Source: Candidatus Multivoradales bacterium
GTDB taxonomy: Bacteria > Acidobacteriota > Thermoanaerobaculia > Multivoradales > Multivoraceae
Length of the DNA: 64,000 bases
Assembly (NCBI GenBank): GCA_965223325.1
Contig: CBDCWI010000001.1
Span: forward strand, 1,024,001 to 1,088,000
Direction of reading: 5' to 3'
Part shown: in pieces, positions 48,729 to 58,951 of the stretch
Layout: each line of letters opens with the position of its first letter
Position numbering within the stretch: the first letter of the stretch is position 1
Notes under the pieces: model-generated
The model's database searches: none
What the model was told of the DNA's origin: nothing
What the model saw: the letters and a program-made list of their open reading frames with translations, nothing else
Position numbers and translations under genes: made by a program

Positions 48729-50255
48729 ATGCGACCCGACGACCTGAGCCTCGACGAAGTCCTCAGAGAGTGTGCCCGCCGAGGAGGCGATCGCACCGCA
48801 GCAATCAGCGAAGACGATACCGAGATTTCATGGAAGGACCTCGAGAAACGCACCGCGCAAGGAGCCTCGGGACTCGCCGCGGCCGGCATCGAGCACGGCG
48901 ACCGCATAGCCCTCCTCGGGCACAACTCACTCGGTTACTTCGAGCTCTTGCTGGCGATCATGCGCCGCGGCGCGGTCGCCTACCCGATCAACTGGCGGCT
49001 CAAGCCCGAAGAGATCGAGCGTCTGCTGGCGCGCGCTCGACCCAGGGGCATCGCGGTCGATGCGGCTGGCCTGGAACTGCTCACCGAAACCGCTCTCGCT
49101 TCGGTCGGCGGGTTGCGGCTGGCTCTCGAGGAGAACGTCGCCGGCGGTGCCTGGAAGAGCGCTGCAGCGCTCACCGCCAATGACCCCTACAACCCACCAG
49201 GGTGGCGAGACCCGGCGGCCATCATTGCCACCGCGGCCGTCGAAGCGGTTCCGCGAGGAGCGCTGCTGACACACGGCAACCTCCTCGCTTCCAACCTCCA
49301 GGAGATCGCCGCCCTCGGACTGGGCGCCGACGACACCACCCTCGCCGCACTACCGCTTTTTCACATCGCCGGGCTCGGCCACACCCTCTCCGTCTTGCAT
49401 GCGGGGGGTTCGGTGGTGATTGCACCGCGCTTCGACGCTCGGACGGCCGTCGAGGCAATCGATCGACACGCTGTGACTCACATCAGCAGCTTCCCGCCGG
49501 TGCTCTCATCGCTGCTCGATGCAGCGGGTGAAAGAGGCTCGAAGCTCGCCAGTCTCCGCCATGTCACCGGACTCGACGGTCCGCCAACCATCGAACGCCT
49601 CAACGAGCAGACCGATGCCCACTTCTGGATTGGCTTTGGCCAGACCGAGACTTCGGGCTTCGTCACCTTGCAGCGCGCCGACGAACGCCCGGGTGCCGCC
49701 GGCCGGCCGGGCGAGCTTTGCGCTGTACGGGTCGTCGATGAGTTCGACCGCAACGCCCCAGTCGGCGAAGCGGGCGAGATTCTAGTGCGCGGCCCGCTCG
49801 TCTTTGCTGGCTACGCCGACGAGCCGGAAGTCACCGAATACACCTTTCGGGGCGGCTGGCACCACACCGGCGATGTCGGCCGCTTCGACGACGACGGCTA
49901 CCTCTGGTACGTCAAGCGTATGCCCGAAAAGGAGCTCATCAAGCCCGGCGGCGAGAACGTCTACCCCGCCGAAGTCGAAAGCGTCATCGTCGAAATGCCG
50001 GAGGCCAGAGCGGCCTGCGTCTTCGGAGTGCCACACGAACGCTGGGGCGAAGGTATCCTCGCGGTGGTTGAAACGACAGAAGACCACCAGCTCGACGAGC
50101 CTGCCGTCATCGAATATGTTGGCTCGCGCATCGCGCGCTACAAGAAACCGCATTTCGTCCACTTCACCACCGCGCTGCCACGCAACGAGGACGGAAACAT
50201 CGACCGGGACGCTGCACGTGCGACCTGGGGGTCTCTCGACCGGGGAACAGAGTGA
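48729..50255 (+). CDS. AMP-binding acyl-CoA ligase
   Basis: LPLFHIAG, GFGQTE, GEILVRGP, HHTGD, IKPGGENVYPAEVE. Confidence 0.92.
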   Translation: MRPDDLSLDEVLRECARRGGDRTAAISEDDTEISWKDLEKRTAQGASGLAAAGIEHGDRIALLGHNSLGYFELLLAIMRRGAVAYPINWRLKPEEIERLLARARPRGIAVDAAGLELLTETALASVGGLRLALEENVAGGAWKSAAALTANDPYNPPGWRDPAAIIATAAVEAVPRGALLTHGNLLASNLQEIAALGLGADDTTLAALPLFHIAGLGHTLSVLHAGGSVVIAPRFDARTAVEAIDRHAVTHISSFPPVLSSLLDAAGERGSKLASLRHVTGLDGPPTIERLNEQTDAHFWIGFGQTETSGFVTLQRADERPGAAGRPGELCAVRVVDEFDRNAPVGEAGEILVRGPLVFAGYADEPEVTEYTFRGGWHHTGDVGRFDDDGYLWYVKRMPEKELIKPGGENVYPAEVESVIVEMPEARAACVFGVPHERWGEGILAVVETTEDHQLDEPAVIEYVGSRIARYKKPHFVHFTTALPRNEDGNIDRDAARATWGSLDRGTE

Positions 50256-51259
50256 GCGACTTTTTCGACACTGAACATCATGGCCGCAAGATCGACATCA
50301 CGGGCATCGAGAACGCCATCCTCGACCTGCTGGTGCAGGTCAAGGACTACCTCATCGATGACCTCGGGCTCGACAAGGGAACCATGCGCCTGGTGGATAC
50401 CGAACAGCAGGGGCAGATTCTCGACACCATCGGCGAGCTCAAGCCCGAAATCACCCCCGGCGGCTCCTGCGCCAACGTGCTGCGCAGCGCGGCCTCACTG
50501 GGCGCGCGCACCTGCTACTCCTCAGCCATTGCCGACGACGTCTTCGGCGAAGCCTTCGAGCGCGGCCTCGAGCGTCACGGTGTCAAGGATCAGCTCGTCC
50601 GGCTGCTCGGCGCCACCGGCACCTCGGTCATTCTCGTCACTCCCGACGGCGAACGCACGATGAACACGCACCTCGGCGTCTGCCGCGACTACAACGCCAA
50701 CTGTGTGCCCTCAGACGACATCCGCGAGAGCCGCATCTTCTTCACCACGGGCTACATCTGGGACACCCCCAACCAGATCGACGCCATCGAGCAGGCGATC
50801 GCGACCGCGCGCGAAGCCAACTGCCGCATTGCCATCGACCTCGCCGACCCCTTCGCCGTCAGCCGCTCGAAAGAGCATCTCGAGCGTCATGCCCGCCGTG
50901 GCCTCGATCTGGTATTCGCCAACGCGGAAGAGGCCCTGATGATGACCGAGTGGGCCGGCGCTGAGGCGTGCCGCGCGCTGGCGGAGACGGTTCGCATCGC
51001 GGTGGTCAAAGACGGCGCTAACGGTGCGTTCATCGGGTCTGGCGGCGAGCTCATCCACATCCCGTCGCGAACGGTCAAGGTCGTCGACACGACTGGCGCC
51101 GGCGATTGCTTCGCCGCCGGCTTCCTCTACGGTTTGGTGCGCGACCAGCCGCTCGACCGCTGCGGCGAGATCGCCAACCTGCTCGGCTCTGACACCATCC
51201 AGCAACTCGGCGTTCGGCTCTCGCCCGACATCGCCGACCAGGTTCACGCCATCCTCTGA
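50252..51259 (+). CDS. PfkB family (adenosine kinase-like) kinase
   Basis: GGSCAN, TPDGERTM, FANAEEA, VDTTGAGDCFAAGF. Confidence 0.93.
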   Translation: MSDFFDTEHHGRKIDITGIENAILDLLVQVKDYLIDDLGLDKGTMRLVDTEQQGQILDTIGELKPEITPGGSCANVLRSAASLGARTCYSSAIADDVFGEAFERGLERHGVKDQLVRLLGATGTSVILVTPDGERTMNTHLGVCRDYNANCVPSDDIRESRIFFTTGYIWDTPNQIDAIEQAIATAREANCRIAIDLADPFAVSRSKEHLERHARRGLDLVFANAEEALMMTEWAGAEACRALAETVRIAVVKDGANGAFIGSGGELIHIPSRTVKVVDTTGAGDCFAAGFLYGLVRDQPLDRCGEIANLLGSDTIQQLGVRLSPDIADQVHAIL

Positions 51260-51272
51260 GGTTCTTTTCTCT

Positions 51273-51710
51273 GTGAGAACGTTCGAGTGCAGCGCACGCC
51301 GTGGTGTGCTTAGGGTCGCGTGTTGCGTGCTGGCTGCTCTGGCAGTCTCCGCCTGCGACAACGACGCGAAGAAAACACCGATGGAGCTCGGCGCCAAGAT
51401 CTATCGCCAGCAGTGCTCCACTTGCCACCTGGCAGAAGGTCAAGGTTCCCCCGGGCAGCAGCCGGCCCTCCGCGGCAGCCCGATCGTCAACGGACCAACA
51501 GCGCCGCTGGTCGAGGTGATCTGGTTGGGTTCGAACGCACCGACGGTGCGGGATCGCGAGCGCCTCGAGACTTCGATGGCCGGTTTTCTTCACCTCAGCG
51601 ACCGAGAAGTCGCAGCCGTCGCCACCTACATTCGGGCCAGCTTTGGCAACCAGTCTCCGGGCATCAGCGAAGAGAGCGTGCGGACTCTGCGTCAGGGTCC
51701 TCCCAACTGA
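51273..51710 (+). CDS. Monoheme cytochrome c lipoprotein
   Basis: Lipobox AVSAC, CSTCH, distal M (SMAGF), YIRASFGN; start uncertain (51273 or 51306). Confidence 0.85.
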   Translation: MRTFECSARRGVLRVACCVLAALAVSACDNDAKKTPMELGAKIYRQQCSTCHLAEGQGSPGQQPALRGSPIVNGPTAPLVEVIWLGSNAPTVRDRERLETSMAGFLHLSDREVAAVATYIRASFGNQSPGISEESVRTLRQGPPN

Positions 51711-51840
51711 CAGCCAGACCCGCTTCGCACCCCTTCGCGACCCGGCGCCGCTGGTAGGATCCCGCCAAGTCCTCCCACCCTTCGGACGTTGCCGCACACC
51801 GCTTCCGCGCGGACGTCCGCTATGTCGAAAGGTGTCCCTC

Positions 51841-54003
51841 ATGTCTCGAACTTCCTGGATGGCCGTGTCTGCTGCCGTTCTAGCCCTATCCTTCGTTGGA
51901 TTCCCCGCTCCAGCGGCACATGCCGCACAGCCGATCGAACCCTGGCAAGTCGCCACCACGAAGAACATCAGCTCGGCCGTGGTTTCACCCGACGGGCAGT
52001 GGGTGGCCTACACCGTCTCGGTGCCGCGCAAGCCCATGAAGGACGACAACGGGCGCTCCTGGAGTGAACTGTGGCTGATGCCGGCCGACGGCGGCACCGC
52101 CCGCCCCTTCATCACCGGCGAAGAAAACGTCTCGCGCGTGCGTTTCACCCCCGATGGCGAGGCGATCTCCTTTACCGCCCAGCGTGGCGACGATGACAAC
52201 ACGGCTCTCTGGGTTATTCCCATCGCCGGCGGCGAGGCGCGCAAGGCCTTCGAGCATGAAGGCAGCATCTCGTCGTACGACTGGAACAGCGATGGTTCGA
52301 AGGTCGCCTTCCTCTCGCGGGCTGAGCGCTCGAAAGAAGAGAAGAAGGCGCGCGAGCAGGGCTTCAATCAGAACATCTACGAGGAAGATGGCCTTTTCAC
52401 CCAGGCGTTCGTCGCCGTGGTGAGCGCGCCCGGAAGCGACGACGAGTCGGAACCCGACCAGGTGGAGGTCGAAGGGTCGGTGCGCACGATCAGCTTCGGT
52501 GCCGACGGCGAGTCGGTGCTCGTGACCACGACGCCAACACCCCTGGTCGACGACACCTACACCAGTCTCGCCATCCTCACCGTCAATCTCGAGAGCGGCG
52601 ACATCGTACGGACTCCCCACACCGGCAAGCTCGGCACCGTGCGCGTCAGCCCCGACGGCCGTCACCTGGCGATGATCGGCGCCGAGGACACCAACGACCC
52701 GGCCGCCGGCCGGTTGCAGGTGACAGAGCCGGGCAAGAAGGCCCGGGACCTCCTCCCGGGCCTCGAGGGCCACGTGCAGAGCTTCGCCTGGAAAGACTCC
52801 GAACACCTCGTCTATGTCGCCGCTCTCGGTGCGGAAACGAGCATCGGCCTGGTCGACCTCGACGGTCACAACACCCCGCTCATCGAACCCGGCGTCGGCA
52901 TCTGGGGCGGCCTGCGAGAGTTCTCAGGCGACGTCACGACAATGATCGGCCAGAGCCCGGCTCACCCCTCCGAGGCCTTCCAACTGGCAGTCAAGAACGT
53001 CGCCGGGAAACCCACGGCGACGGTGACCCGCCTCACCGACACCAACCCCTGGCTCGACGACGTTTCGTTCGCGCGCCAGGAAGTCGTGCGCTACGAAGCG
53101 CGCGACGGGCTCGACCTCGAAGCAATCGTCGTGCACCCGCTCGAGAACGGTCCTCATTCCTCCGCCGGTCCCCATCCGCTGCTCCTGGTCATCCACGGCG
53201 GCCCTGAAAGCCACTACAGCAACGGTTGGTTGACCGGCTACTCGAGCTTTGGCCAGCTCGCCGCGGCGCGTGGCTTTCTGGTCGCCTACCCCAACTACCG
53301 CGGCAGCACCGGTCGGGGGGTCGAGTTCTCGAAGATCTCCCAGGCAGACGCCGCCGGCCCCGAGTTCGACGACTACGTCGACCTGATCGACCACCTGGTC
53401 GAAGCCGGTCTGGCGGACAACGACCGGGTCGGCATCACCGGCGGATCGTACGGCGGCTACGCCTCGGCCTGGGCGACGACCTACTACTCCGACCGCTTCG
53501 CCGCCGCCGCTCCCTTCGTCGGTATCAGCAACAACATCTCGAAGGTCGGCACCACCGACATCCCCCGTGAGATGTACGACGTGCACCATCGCAAGTGGCT
53601 GTGGGAAGACTGGGACTACTTCGCCGAGCGCAGCCCGATCTACTGGGTCAAGCGCAACAAGACGCCAACGCTGATCCTCCACGGCGCAGAAGATCCACGG
53701 GTCCATCCCAGTCAATCGCTGGAGCTCTTCCGCCACCTCAAGGTCCTCGACCAGGCGCCGGTGCGTCTTGTGCTTTACCAGGGCGAGGGCCACGGCAACG
53801 CGCGCTCCGCCTCACGCTTCGACTACATGTTGCGTGTCCTGCGCTGGATGGAGCACTTTGTGCGCGACGGCGAAACCGAGAAGCCGCCGTACGCGATCGA
53901 CTACACCGAGTGGCTGCCGTGGGTCGAAGAAGAAGACGAAGACGGGGAAAGTAGCGACAACGCCGCGGGTGGTGGCGAGCCAACGGGCAGCCGTGCGGGC
54001 TAG
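51841..54003 (+). CDS. Secreted S9 family peptidase (prolyl oligopeptidase/acylaminoacyl peptidase)
   Basis: Signal peptide, SPDG propeller repeats, IHGGP, NYRGS.GRG, GGSYGG, HGAEDPRV, EGH. Confidence 0.95.
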   Translation: MSRTSWMAVSAAVLALSFVGFPAPAAHAAQPIEPWQVATTKNISSAVVSPDGQWVAYTVSVPRKPMKDDNGRSWSELWLMPADGGTARPFITGEENVSRVRFTPDGEAISFTAQRGDDDNTALWVIPIAGGEARKAFEHEGSISSYDWNSDGSKVAFLSRAERSKEEKKAREQGFNQNIYEEDGLFTQAFVAVVSAPGSDDESEPDQVEVEGSVRTISFGADGESVLVTTTPTPLVDDTYTSLAILTVNLESGDIVRTPHTGKLGTVRVSPDGRHLAMIGAEDTNDPAAGRLQVTEPGKKARDLLPGLEGHVQSFAWKDSEHLVYVAALGAETSIGLVDLDGHNTPLIEPGVGIWGGLREFSGDVTTMIGQSPAHPSEAFQLAVKNVAGKPTATVTRLTDTNPWLDDVSFARQEVVRYEARDGLDLEAIVVHPLENGPHSSAGPHPLLLVIHGGPESHYSNGWLTGYSSFGQLAAARGFLVAYPNYRGSTGRGVEFSKISQADAAGPEFDDYVDLIDHLVEAGLADNDRVGITGGSYGGYASAWATTYYSDRFAAAAPFVGISNNISKVGTTDIPREMYDVHHRKWLWEDWDYFAERSPIYWVKRNKTPTLILHGAEDPRVHPSQSLELFRHLKVLDQAPVRLVLYQGEGHGNARSASRFDYMLRVLRWMEHFVRDGETEKPPYAIDYTEWLPWVEEEDEDGESSDNAAGGGEPTGSRAG

Positions 54004-55267
54004 GTCGGGTTTCTGGGCAGCGACCGTTCTGGCCGCAGTGCTTGCTTCTGGCTGTTCGCCGGAGAGTGCCACTTCTGGCACGCCACAGGTCGCTGGCTAT
54101 GAGCCCGGCACCGTCCGCGTCGGCCTCTTCAACATTCGCGAACTGCGAGCCGCCAAGCTCACCGGGCTCGAGGCGCTGACGGCTGGGACAACCGACGCCT
54201 CGAGTCCTGCGGACGACGAGGGCATCGCGCAGGTCACGGCAGCGATCTCGATCGTGCGGGCCATGCGTCCCGACATCCTCATTGTTCAGGAGATCGACGC
54301 CCCTCCCGAAGATCCGGCAGTGAACGCGCGCCGGTTGCGCGACCTGCTTCGTGCGGAGCTCCCATCGTCGACGGTGGACAGTGAAGGTGCCCCGGGTGAG
54401 CCCATTGACTATCCGCACGTCTACTCCGCCACCACCAACACCGGAACCCTGAGCGGCCATGACCTCGACGGCGATGGACAAGTCGCCACCAGTGCCGAGG
54501 AGGGTAGCCGCGAACACGGCGGCGACTCGTGGGGCTACGGCACCTATCCTGGAGAGTACGGCATGGCCGTCCTGTCGCGGTTCCCCCTGGGCGAAGAGGC
54601 AGCGCGCACCTTCCAGAACTTCCGTTGGGCAAACCTGCCCGGCCACCACCAGCCCATCGACTTCTATGACGATTCCGAGCTGGCGGCGCTCCGCCTGTCG
54701 AGCAAGTCGCACTGGGACTTGCCGGTAACCCTCGGCGAGAACACCCTGCACCTGCTCGTTTCCCACCCCACCCCGCCGGCGTTTGACGGCGACGAAGATC
54801 GCAACGGTCGGCGAAATCTCGATGAGATTCGTCTCTGGGAGCTCTACCTCGACAACCGCTCCGTCCTCACCGACGACCAGGGGCAAAGCGGCGGACTCGA
54901 AGAAGGTGCTTTGTTCGTCATCGCGGGTGATCAGAACGCCGCCCCCACGGACGATGTGGTCTACGGCGATCAGAACGCCATTGGCCACCTGCTCGAGCAC
55001 CCTCGAGTTCAGAACCCGAGCTGCACCAGCAGCGGTGGCCTCGCCGGTCGTGAGCCCGGCCCGCCGAACTTCTGGGAGGAGGCGACCGCCGGCTTCCGTG
55101 GCGGACGCAGGTGGGACTACCTCCTGCCGGCGCGAGCACTCACGGCTCTAGAGTGCGGAGTGTTCTGGCCAACCTCCGAAGAGAACGCTGCTGGTGCAGC
55201 AATGGCAGAGCGAGCCTCCGACCACCGCTTCGTCTGGCTCGACATCTCTCTAGCTGCGACTCGGTAG
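53993..55267 (+). CDS. Endonuclease/exonuclease/phosphatase family lipoprotein
   Basis: Lipobox LASGC, FNI, PDILIVQE, LSSKSHWD, SHPTPP.FD, AGDQNA, DYLLP, ASDH. Confidence 0.9.
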   Translation: MRARSGFWAATVLAAVLASGCSPESATSGTPQVAGYEPGTVRVGLFNIRELRAAKLTGLEALTAGTTDASSPADDEGIAQVTAAISIVRAMRPDILIVQEIDAPPEDPAVNARRLRDLLRAELPSSTVDSEGAPGEPIDYPHVYSATTNTGTLSGHDLDGDGQVATSAEEGSREHGGDSWGYGTYPGEYGMAVLSRFPLGEEAARTFQNFRWANLPGHHQPIDFYDDSELAALRLSSKSHWDLPVTLGENTLHLLVSHPTPPAFDGDEDRNGRRNLDEIRLWELYLDNRSVLTDDQGQSGGLEEGALFVIAGDQNAAPTDDVVYGDQNAIGHLLEHPRVQNPSCTSSGGLAGREPGPPNFWEEATAGFRGGRRWDYLLPARALTALECGVFWPTSEENAAGAAMAERASDHRFVWLDISLAATR

Positions 55268-55274
55268 CGCGCTG

Positions 55275-56795
55275 ATGACGAACGAGACGCGGGCGCCTCT
55301 GGCCGAGAGCGAGAGGGGCGCCGCCGCTCTCCTTGTCGTTGGCGTTCTGGTGCGTATTCTCGGTATCAGGCGGCAGAGTCCGAGTCTCGACGAGATTTCA
55401 GAACTCGGTCTCGCCAGGCTCCCCAGTGTTCCGGAGCTGGTGCTAGCGGGCGACGGCTTCCCGCCTCTCTTCCAGCTTCTTCTTCGTACCGGGCTCGGGG
55501 TGTGGAACAACGACCTGGTCGCGCGCCTCCTGGCGCTCACCTTCGGCTGCCTTCTCCTGCCGGTGATCTGGAAGCTGGCCCGTGATACCGCCGGCAGGCG
55601 CGCCGCGATGTTCACGCTCGCGCTCGCGGCGACTTCACCCTGGTTGGTGCAGGCGTCGCAGGATGGCCGTTCGTATTCGCTCTTCTACCTCGCCAGCGCT
55701 GTAGCGCTCCTCGGCTTCTTTCGGCTCCTCCGACAACCAGCGATCGACCAGTCCTCGCGATGGGCCACCGCCTGTTTGTCTCTTGGTCTTCTGGTAGCAG
55801 CCTGGACGCACTACTACACCGCAATCCTGGTTCTGGCGATGGTCGCGGCCGTCCTGTTCTCGCGCGAAGCCCGGACCGAGTGGCGCAGCTGGCTCACGCG
55901 TTTCGCCGCCATCGCCCTCACTTTCTTGCCACTCCTTTTCATTCTGCACAGCGACCTGTCTCATCAACAGGCCTACGCCGACTTCTTCATCGTCAACTTC
56001 GACTTCTTGGCGCTCGGCTACAGCTTCTGGAGCTTCCTGCACGGGCAAACAATCGGCCTGTCGACCGCCGAACTGCACGCGGTCTCGAAAAGCTCGGCGC
56101 TCACCGCGTACCTTCCCTACATACTCTGGAGCCTGGCGGCGCTCTTGCCACTCTCGATTGCACTGGTGAAGACCTATCGCGGGGCGGGCCGCGAGAAACG
56201 GGCGACGGTTCTCCAGCTGTTGACCTTGGCGCTCTTGCCAGTCTTGATCGCCGGGCTCCTTTCGACCGCGCTCGGCTTGACCTTCAAACCCAGCTACGCC
56301 GGCTGGTGCGCCCTCCCACTCCTTCTGCTCGCCGGCATCGGCCTGGCGGCCAGCAAGCGACAAACGGCCTCCCTCGTTCTCAGCGCCCTTCTGGCCCTCT
56401 CGTTCCTCGGGCTCTACAACCGCTTGGCACTAGAACGCTTCGCCAACGATGACCTCAGAAGTCTTGCCGGCTGGCTGACTGAAAACGCCGGCCCCGGCGA
56501 CACCGTCATGGTCTCGGCGCCCTACATGGCAGCACCGCTTCGCCACCACCTCCCAGGTTGGGACCTACCGGCCATCCCCTATGCCGACTGCACCGAAGAA
56601 ACCCTCGCAGCCGCGAACCAGCGCGTTCTAGAGGAGCTTTCCAAAGCCGACACCGAGCAGTCCTGGTTGGTGTTCTCCCGGCGCTTCCACGGCGACCCCT
56701 GCGGGCACCTCGCTGACAGTCTCGAACGAGGCTGGGACCTCGAGGCAAGAGCGCACTTCGCTGGCATCGACGTCTATTCCATCGGCCACCGGTAG
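55275..56795 (+). CDS. GT-C fold membrane glycosyltransferase (GT39/PMT-like)
   Basis: SLDE, PPLF, SP...SQDGRSYSL, THYY; many TM segments. Confidence 0.82.
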   Translation: MTNETRAPLAESERGAAALLVVGVLVRILGIRRQSPSLDEISELGLARLPSVPELVLAGDGFPPLFQLLLRTGLGVWNNDLVARLLALTFGCLLLPVIWKLARDTAGRRAAMFTLALAATSPWLVQASQDGRSYSLFYLASAVALLGFFRLLRQPAIDQSSRWATACLSLGLLVAAWTHYYTAILVLAMVAAVLFSREARTEWRSWLTRFAAIALTFLPLLFILHSDLSHQQAYADFFIVNFDFLALGYSFWSFLHGQTIGLSTAELHAVSKSSALTAYLPYILWSLAALLPLSIALVKTYRGAGREKRATVLQLLTLALLPVLIAGLLSTALGLTFKPSYAGWCALPLLLLAGIGLAASKRQTASLVLSALLALSFLGLYNRLALERFANDDLRSLAGWLTENAGPGDTVMVSAPYMAAPLRHHLPGWDLPAIPYADCTEETLAAANQRVLEELSKADTEQSWLVFSRRFHGDPCGHLADSLERGWDLEARAHFAGIDVYSIGHR

Positions 56796-56805
56796 TCGAC
56801 TGGCC

Positions 56806-57870
56806 TCACTGACCACCACTTGGCTCGTCGACGGGAAGAGCAGCCAACCCATCGAGAAACGGCAGAACGCGTTCGCTGTAGTGAGGCTCCTCGGTACCCC
56901 AGAAGATGTAGTCGAGGCGAAGCTCAGACCGGGCAAACCGATCGAGCGTTTCGACGGTGATGCTCTTTCCGGTCGCGGGATCAGTCTCTGAAAGGTTGCC
57001 ATCTTGCACCGCTGCGCCGGCGACGACTCCAGGAGTCCGAGCCGCGATGAGAGGATAGCTGTGGCTCAGCTGGCCGCGTCTGAAGGGCAAGAGATCCGGG
57101 CCACCAACACCCACACCGACTTCCGCCGCGTGAGCGTGGACCGCACGCAGGTACCCTTTGTCGGTCCAGGGAAGCCACTCGCCCGGCATGAAATTGGCGT
57201 ACTGCATCGTCTTCGAAACCTCGAAGAGACCACCGAGTGCGGTCATCTGGTCCTTTACCGCTCCGAGATAGAGCTCTGGACTGAACCCGTCTGGGTTGAA
57301 CTCTCCGTTCTCGCCAAAATCGATCGCCGTCTCCGGCAGGTTCACACCTTCCAGCTTTCCGTCGAACTCTCGCGCGATCGCAGCGAGCAAACGAGTGAAG
57401 CGTTCTCGAACGGCCGGGTCCCACCGGCGTGCAACCCAGCCGTCGCTCTTCGTATCGCCACCGTCTCTTAGGAACTTCTCTGCGACGCCACCGGAGTAGC
57501 GCGGGTCTTCGGTGAGGTACGCGGGAACAGGAATCGTTTTCTCGAAGAACGAAACGTCCTGCACCTGAATGAACAAGCGCTTTGTGTGGGCCTCGAGAAA
57601 GCGCAGGTCTTCTGCGATCAACTCGAGCGCGTAGTCGCCCGGCGCAGGTTCCAGCTGCCGCCAGCTGTACTTCAACTGGGCGCCGACCAGGGCAGGGGTC
57701 TCGAGGAAACTCTCCTCTCGGATGCGCTCGCGGTCGTAGCCAAAGAAGACGAAGTGCATGGGCTCGGAGGGTTGCGCGACGGCGGGCCATGCCAGCGTCG
57801 CCATAAGGCCAAACAAGGCCAGGCGAAGAGTAGCCGTCGCCTGAGGATGTCCCGAGCTCCTTCGCTTCAA
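56806..57870 (-). CDS. Secreted hypothetical protein, glycoside-hydrolase-like TIM barrel
   Basis: Signal peptide; YSWRQLEP..GDY, RRWDPAV, GVNLPET; start uncertain. Confidence 0.7.
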   Translation of the reverse strand: MKRRSSGHPQATATLRLALFGLMATLAWPAVAQPSEPMHFVFFGYDRERIREESFLETPALVGAQLKYSWRQLEPAPGDYALELIAEDLRFLEAHTKRLFIQVQDVSFFEKTIPVPAYLTEDPRYSGGVAEKFLRDGGDTKSDGWVARRWDPAVRERFTRLLAAIAREFDGKLEGVNLPETAIDFGENGEFNPDGFSPELYLGAVKDQMTALGGLFEVSKTMQYANFMPGEWLPWTDKGYLRAVHAHAAEVGVGVGGPDLLPFRRGQLSHSYPLIAARTPGVVAGAAVQDGNLSETDPATGKSITVETLDRFARSELRLDYIFWGTEEPHYSERVLPFLDGLAALPVDEPSGGQ

Positions 57871-57891
57871 CAGGAGAATCGTGCTACCTCC

Positions 57892-58482
57892 CTAGCGGCC
57901 GTTGCGCTCGTCTACTGCAGCGGGCCGTTCCGGCGGGCGGCACGGCAAGAAGATCGACTCCGCACCGGCGGCCGCCCATGTCCCTCGGCCTTCTCGCACC
58001 GCGTTCGCCTCGAGGTCCATGAAGCGAAGCGATCTTTCGTGCCCAGGACAGGAGCGAGCGAGACCAGCTGACACCAAGAGCTCGCGCACATCGAGACCCT
58101 CCCGGCCGGTTGCGACCAGCTCGAGCGACCCGTCGATGGGTTTCACGACCGCGCCTCTGCGTTCTGCAACGAGCTGGCGAGCCTCTTGAAACTGGGCGCT
58201 CCCGTGCCAGGGCAATGCAACGCCCCGAAGGGCAACCCACAAGAGACGGTCACCGTTGAGCCGCAGCTCGAGATGCCCCTTCTCTGACAGGCCCTCCAGC
58301 CGAAGCTCCTGCCCCATCCTCCCGGTGGCGTCGTCGCCCACATAACGGTCAATGAGCAGCTTGTCCCAGACCGGGCGCTCCGTACTCTCCTGCTGGACCA
58401 CCGGCTGGGCCAACACCACGATCAACGAAAGAAGCGCAGGTGCGAGCAAATCCCCTCCAAGAAGGGTCAGGACAGAGTTCAA
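57892..58482 (-). CDS. Exported thermonuclease (SNase)-like protein, divergent
   Basis: VALRGV..P, DVRELLVSAGLA, EANAVREGRGTW; catalytic motifs look degenerate. Confidence 0.6.
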   Translation of the reverse strand: MNSVLTLLGGDLLAPALLSLIVVLAQPVVQQESTERPVWDKLLIDRYVGDDATGRMGQELRLEGLSEKGHLELRLNGDRLLWVALRGVALPWHGSAQFQEARQLVAERRGAVVKPIDGSLELVATGREGLDVRELLVSAGLARSCPGHERSLRFMDLEANAVREGRGTWAAAGAESIFLPCRPPERPAAVDERNGR

Positions 58483-58488
58483 ACCCAG

Positions 58489-58887
58489 CTACTCCGGCCA
58501 TTCGTCATGGTGTAGCGCCTCCTCGGACTCGCGATCCCAGTCCGCCCGCGAGCCACAGAAGATGTGGACCTTGATGTCTGTTCCGAGGTCATCTTCCATC
58601 AGCCCCGCCGGAACCCAGACGCGCTTCTCGTCGTGGCTGTCGGGCAACGGGCTACCGCACGTCTCACACCGCAGCGCAGACCAGCCGCTCGGCAAGGAGA
58701 AACGAGGCGGCTCCGCGCCCTCGGCTGTCCACCGAAACTGCTCCTTCGGAACAATCACCATCGAGCAGCCGTTCGACCCAGTGACCTTGCGACACTGCGA
58801 GCAGTGGCACTGACCCACGCCGGCGACAGCTCCGACGAGCTCGAAACGGTAGGTCCCGCACAGGCATCTGCCACGCATTTCAGTCAT
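58489..58887 (-). CDS. GFA / CENP-V family protein
   Basis: GRCLCG, CHCSQCRK.TG, CETCGSPL, HIFCGSRADW. Confidence 0.93.
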   Translation of the reverse strand: MTEMRGRCLCGTYRFELVGAVAGVGQCHCSQCRKVTGSNGCSMVIVPKEQFRWTAEGAEPPRFSLPSGWSALRCETCGSPLPDSHDEKRVWVPAGLMEDDLGTDIKVHIFCGSRADWDRESEEALHHDEWPE

Positions 58888-58951
58888 CTCAACCTCCGCA
58901 CCGGCCTGTTTCGGCCGGCAGGCCAGACCGATTGGTTCACCGCAGCACCGG

